From NCBI GenBank assembly GCA_041166225.1, contig JBEEFT010000184.1, forward strand, positions 6,058 through 70,057: a stretch of 64,000 nucleotides of DNA, written 5' to 3'. Shown piece after piece: positions 62,670 to 64,000 of the stretch. How positions within the stretch are numbered: position 1 is the first letter of the stretch; every line of letters begins with the position of its first letter. The notes under the pieces are model-generated. The model did not search any database, had not been told where the DNA came from, and worked only from the letters and a program-made list of their open reading frames with translations. The DNA is from Actinomycetota bacterium. GTDB taxonomy: Bacteria; Actinomycetota; Acidimicrobiia; Acidimicrobiales; JACCXE01. Position numbers and translations under genes: made by a program.

Positions 62670-63596
62670 TCACCAGTCGAGCACCGCGTTGAATACCTCG
62701 GCCCCGAGTCCCAGCCCGCTGAGATGGCCGCCACCTTTTTGGACGCGCAGTTCGGCGTCTGGGAACAGCGGCACGATGTGTTGTGCGTGTGACAACGGCA
62801 CGATGTTGTCTTCGTCGCCTTGCCACCAGGTGACGTGCTGTTTCACGTCACGCACCGAGAACCCCCAGTCGCGGGTGAACAACACCGCGTCATACGCAAC
62901 GGCGCGCATGCTGTGGCTACCGCTGTTCATGATGTCGTCGAGGAACATTTCGGTGTGCTCGGGCGTCAGCAACACCTCGCGGTCACCGGGGGGCGAGAAG
63001 CGTGCGTACAGCTTTAACAGTGTCGGACCGATCGGTTTCGCGACGCGCACCACTGTCGTCATGATCGACCCCATCGGTTCGGTCATCATCGGCAGCACCG
63101 TCCGCCAGTGCATGCCGAAGCCAACCCAGCCCCCGGGCGCGCCTTCTTCGCCGCCGCTTGGCACGACCCCGCCGAGGATGCCGACGGTCGGCACCCGCTC
63201 GCCGAACGTGTACGCCGCGGCGAGCGCGTAGGGCGCGCCGCCCGACAGCCCGACAACTGAGAACCGATCGACGCCGAGGTTCTCGAGCGCGACAGCGAGG
63301 TCGTCGTTGAAGTCGACCAACCGGTGGTACAGGTGCCCCGTCGACAGACCGACGCCGGGCCGGTCCATGCCGATCAGGCGCACGCCCTTCTCGTTCGCAA
63401 GCTTCCGCGCTGGTTCGGGAATCTGGCGGCGTGCGCCGGGCGTCCCGTGGAACCACAACACGGTCTTTTCGGCCTTCGCCGGACCGTATTCGGCCACACC
63501 CAACACTCGCCCGTCCCGCACAGGGACCTTGCCTTCGTATCGCGCTGGCGTAATCGTCACACGCCGATGCTCGCGTGTTTCGACGACGTAAGACAA
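62670..63596 (-). CDS. Alpha/beta hydrolase
   Basis: ..VLWFHGTPGARR.. and the nucleophile elbow VVGLSGGAPYALA. The start is uncertain: TTG at 63596, GTG at 63560 or ATG at 63671. Confidence 0.7.
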   Translation of the reverse strand: MSYVVETREHRRVTITPARYEGKVPVRDGRVLGVAEYGPAKAEKTVLWFHGTPGARRQIPEPARKLANEKGVRLIGMDRPGVGLSTGHLYHRLVDFNDDLAVALENLGVDRFSVVGLSGGAPYALAAAYTFGERVPTVGILGGVVPSGGEEGAPGGWVGFGMHWRTVLPMMTEPMGSIMTTVVRVAKPIGPTLLKLYARFSPPGDREVLLTPEHTEMFLDDIMNSGSHSMRAVAYDAVLFTRDWGFSVRDVKQHVTWWQGDEDNIVPLSHAQHIVPLFPDAELRVQKGGGHLSGLGLGAEVFNAVLDW

Positions 63597-63604
63597 GAAA
63601 GGTG

Positions 63605-64000
63605 TCAGTCGGCGGCGCCGGAGGCGAGCGTGACCTTCGCCGAATGGGTGGTGCCGTCGCTCCGCGTCCACGCGAGGGTGACCGTGTCGCCGGGCCGGTG
63701 GGTGTGGATGAGGTTCGTTAGAGCCGACGCAGTGCGAATGACCGTTCCGTCGACCGTTGTGATCACGTCACCGGTGGCGACGCCCGCCTTTTCCGCCGGC
63801 GAGCCCGGCTGCACGCTGACCACGCCGGCGCCGCCCGCGGCGACGTCACTCGTGCGTACACCGAGGAAGCCGCGCACGCCGATGTGGATCGTGCTGGTCT
63901 CGTTGCCGTCGCGGATTTTGGCCACTACATCTTTGGCCGTGTCGATAGGCACAGCGAGGCCCACCGACGCGTTGCGACCGAAGCCACGCGCCGCTGCCGT
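63605..64000 (-). CDS. HtrA-like trypsin-family serine protease, C-terminal part with PDZ domain (5' end beyond the window)
   Basis: The ORF is open to the window edge. ..GLAVPIDTAKDVVAKI.. is followed by a PDZ domain: GFLGVR...GAGVVSVQPGSPAEKAGVATGDVITTVDGTVIRTASAL. Confidence 0.8.
   Translation of the reverse strand, partial: TAAARGFGRNASVGLAVPIDTAKDVVAKIRDGNETSTIHIGVRGFLGVRTSDVAAGGAGVVSVQPGSPAEKAGVATGDVITTVDGTVIRTASALTNLIHTHRPGDTVTLAWTRSDGTTHSAKVTLASGAAD

Noticed and set aside
1-64000. CRISPR arrays, rRNA genes, IS elements and prophage remnants.
   Set aside because: I noticed no spaced repeat arrays, rRNA-like sequence, or transposase, integrase or phage-structural signatures in any of the listed ORFs or intergenic regions.

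Overview
This is a 64-kb, gene-dense stretch of a high-GC Actinomycetota-type chromosome. It appears to be origin-proximal, because it carries the 3' part of gyrA, a DUF3566 gene and tRNA-Ile, with tRNA-Ala 9.4 kb further on. I support about 70 protein genes, 2 tRNAs and a few regulatory sites. I saw no rRNA, CRISPR array, transposase, integrase or prophage. Many adjacent genes overlap start-to-stop by 4 nt (ATGA/GTGA), which helped me re-set starts that the longest-ORF track over-extends. Most long ORFs antisense to recognisable genes are high-GC shadow ORFs. Contents in order:
- gyrA, whose window-edge part is an intein with a LAGLIDADG homing endonuclease
- an LPXTG/DUF11 surface protein
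- an Opp/Dpp-type peptide ABC importer operon ending in a stand-alone cNMP-binding protein
- VOC, Gfo/Idh/MocA and EEP genes
- a Tat-signal phospholipase C with an LPXTG anchor
- an ArsR-SRPBCC regulator divergent from an ada-alkA/ogt operon, with a 20-bp perfect palindrome between them
- beta-carbonic anhydrase
- csoR with its operator and a permease-YHS fusion
- a DUF35/thiolase/Rieske set
- a KdpD-C-terminal-like histidine kinase and OmpR-family regulator, divergent from an APC-family permease and an OB-fold gene
- lutABC
- a secreted S8/PKD protease, two M20 peptidases, LemA-DUF2207, YpfJ, a beta-lactamase-like hydrolase and a CX5R phosphatase
- a large S8/FG-GAP LPXTG protein translationally coupled to a neutral-ceramidase-like protein
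- a partial HtrA-like protease at the 3' edge.
The standout is at 49.8-54.5 kb, a lasso-peptide-like RiPP locus. It has an ABC-2 exporter, a B2 transglutaminase-like protease, a PqqD/RRE B1 protein, an HPr-kinase-like kinase and a PF14907-type nucleotidyltransferase. It also has a 41-aa gene absent from the ORF track (52016..52141, minus strand) whose leader fits the lasso motif YxxPxLx3Gx5Tx exactly. No Asn-synthetase-like lasso cyclase is present anywhere in the window, and the 13-aa core (GRQAEAINISLIL) has no Asp/Glu at positions 7-9. The locus therefore cannot make a canonical lasso, and may be a cyclase-less, kinase/NTase-tailored derivative of the lasso pathway. A second item of interest is a pair of apparently paralogous small secreted two-Cys peptides (18464..18613, also absent from the ORF track, and 49799..49984).
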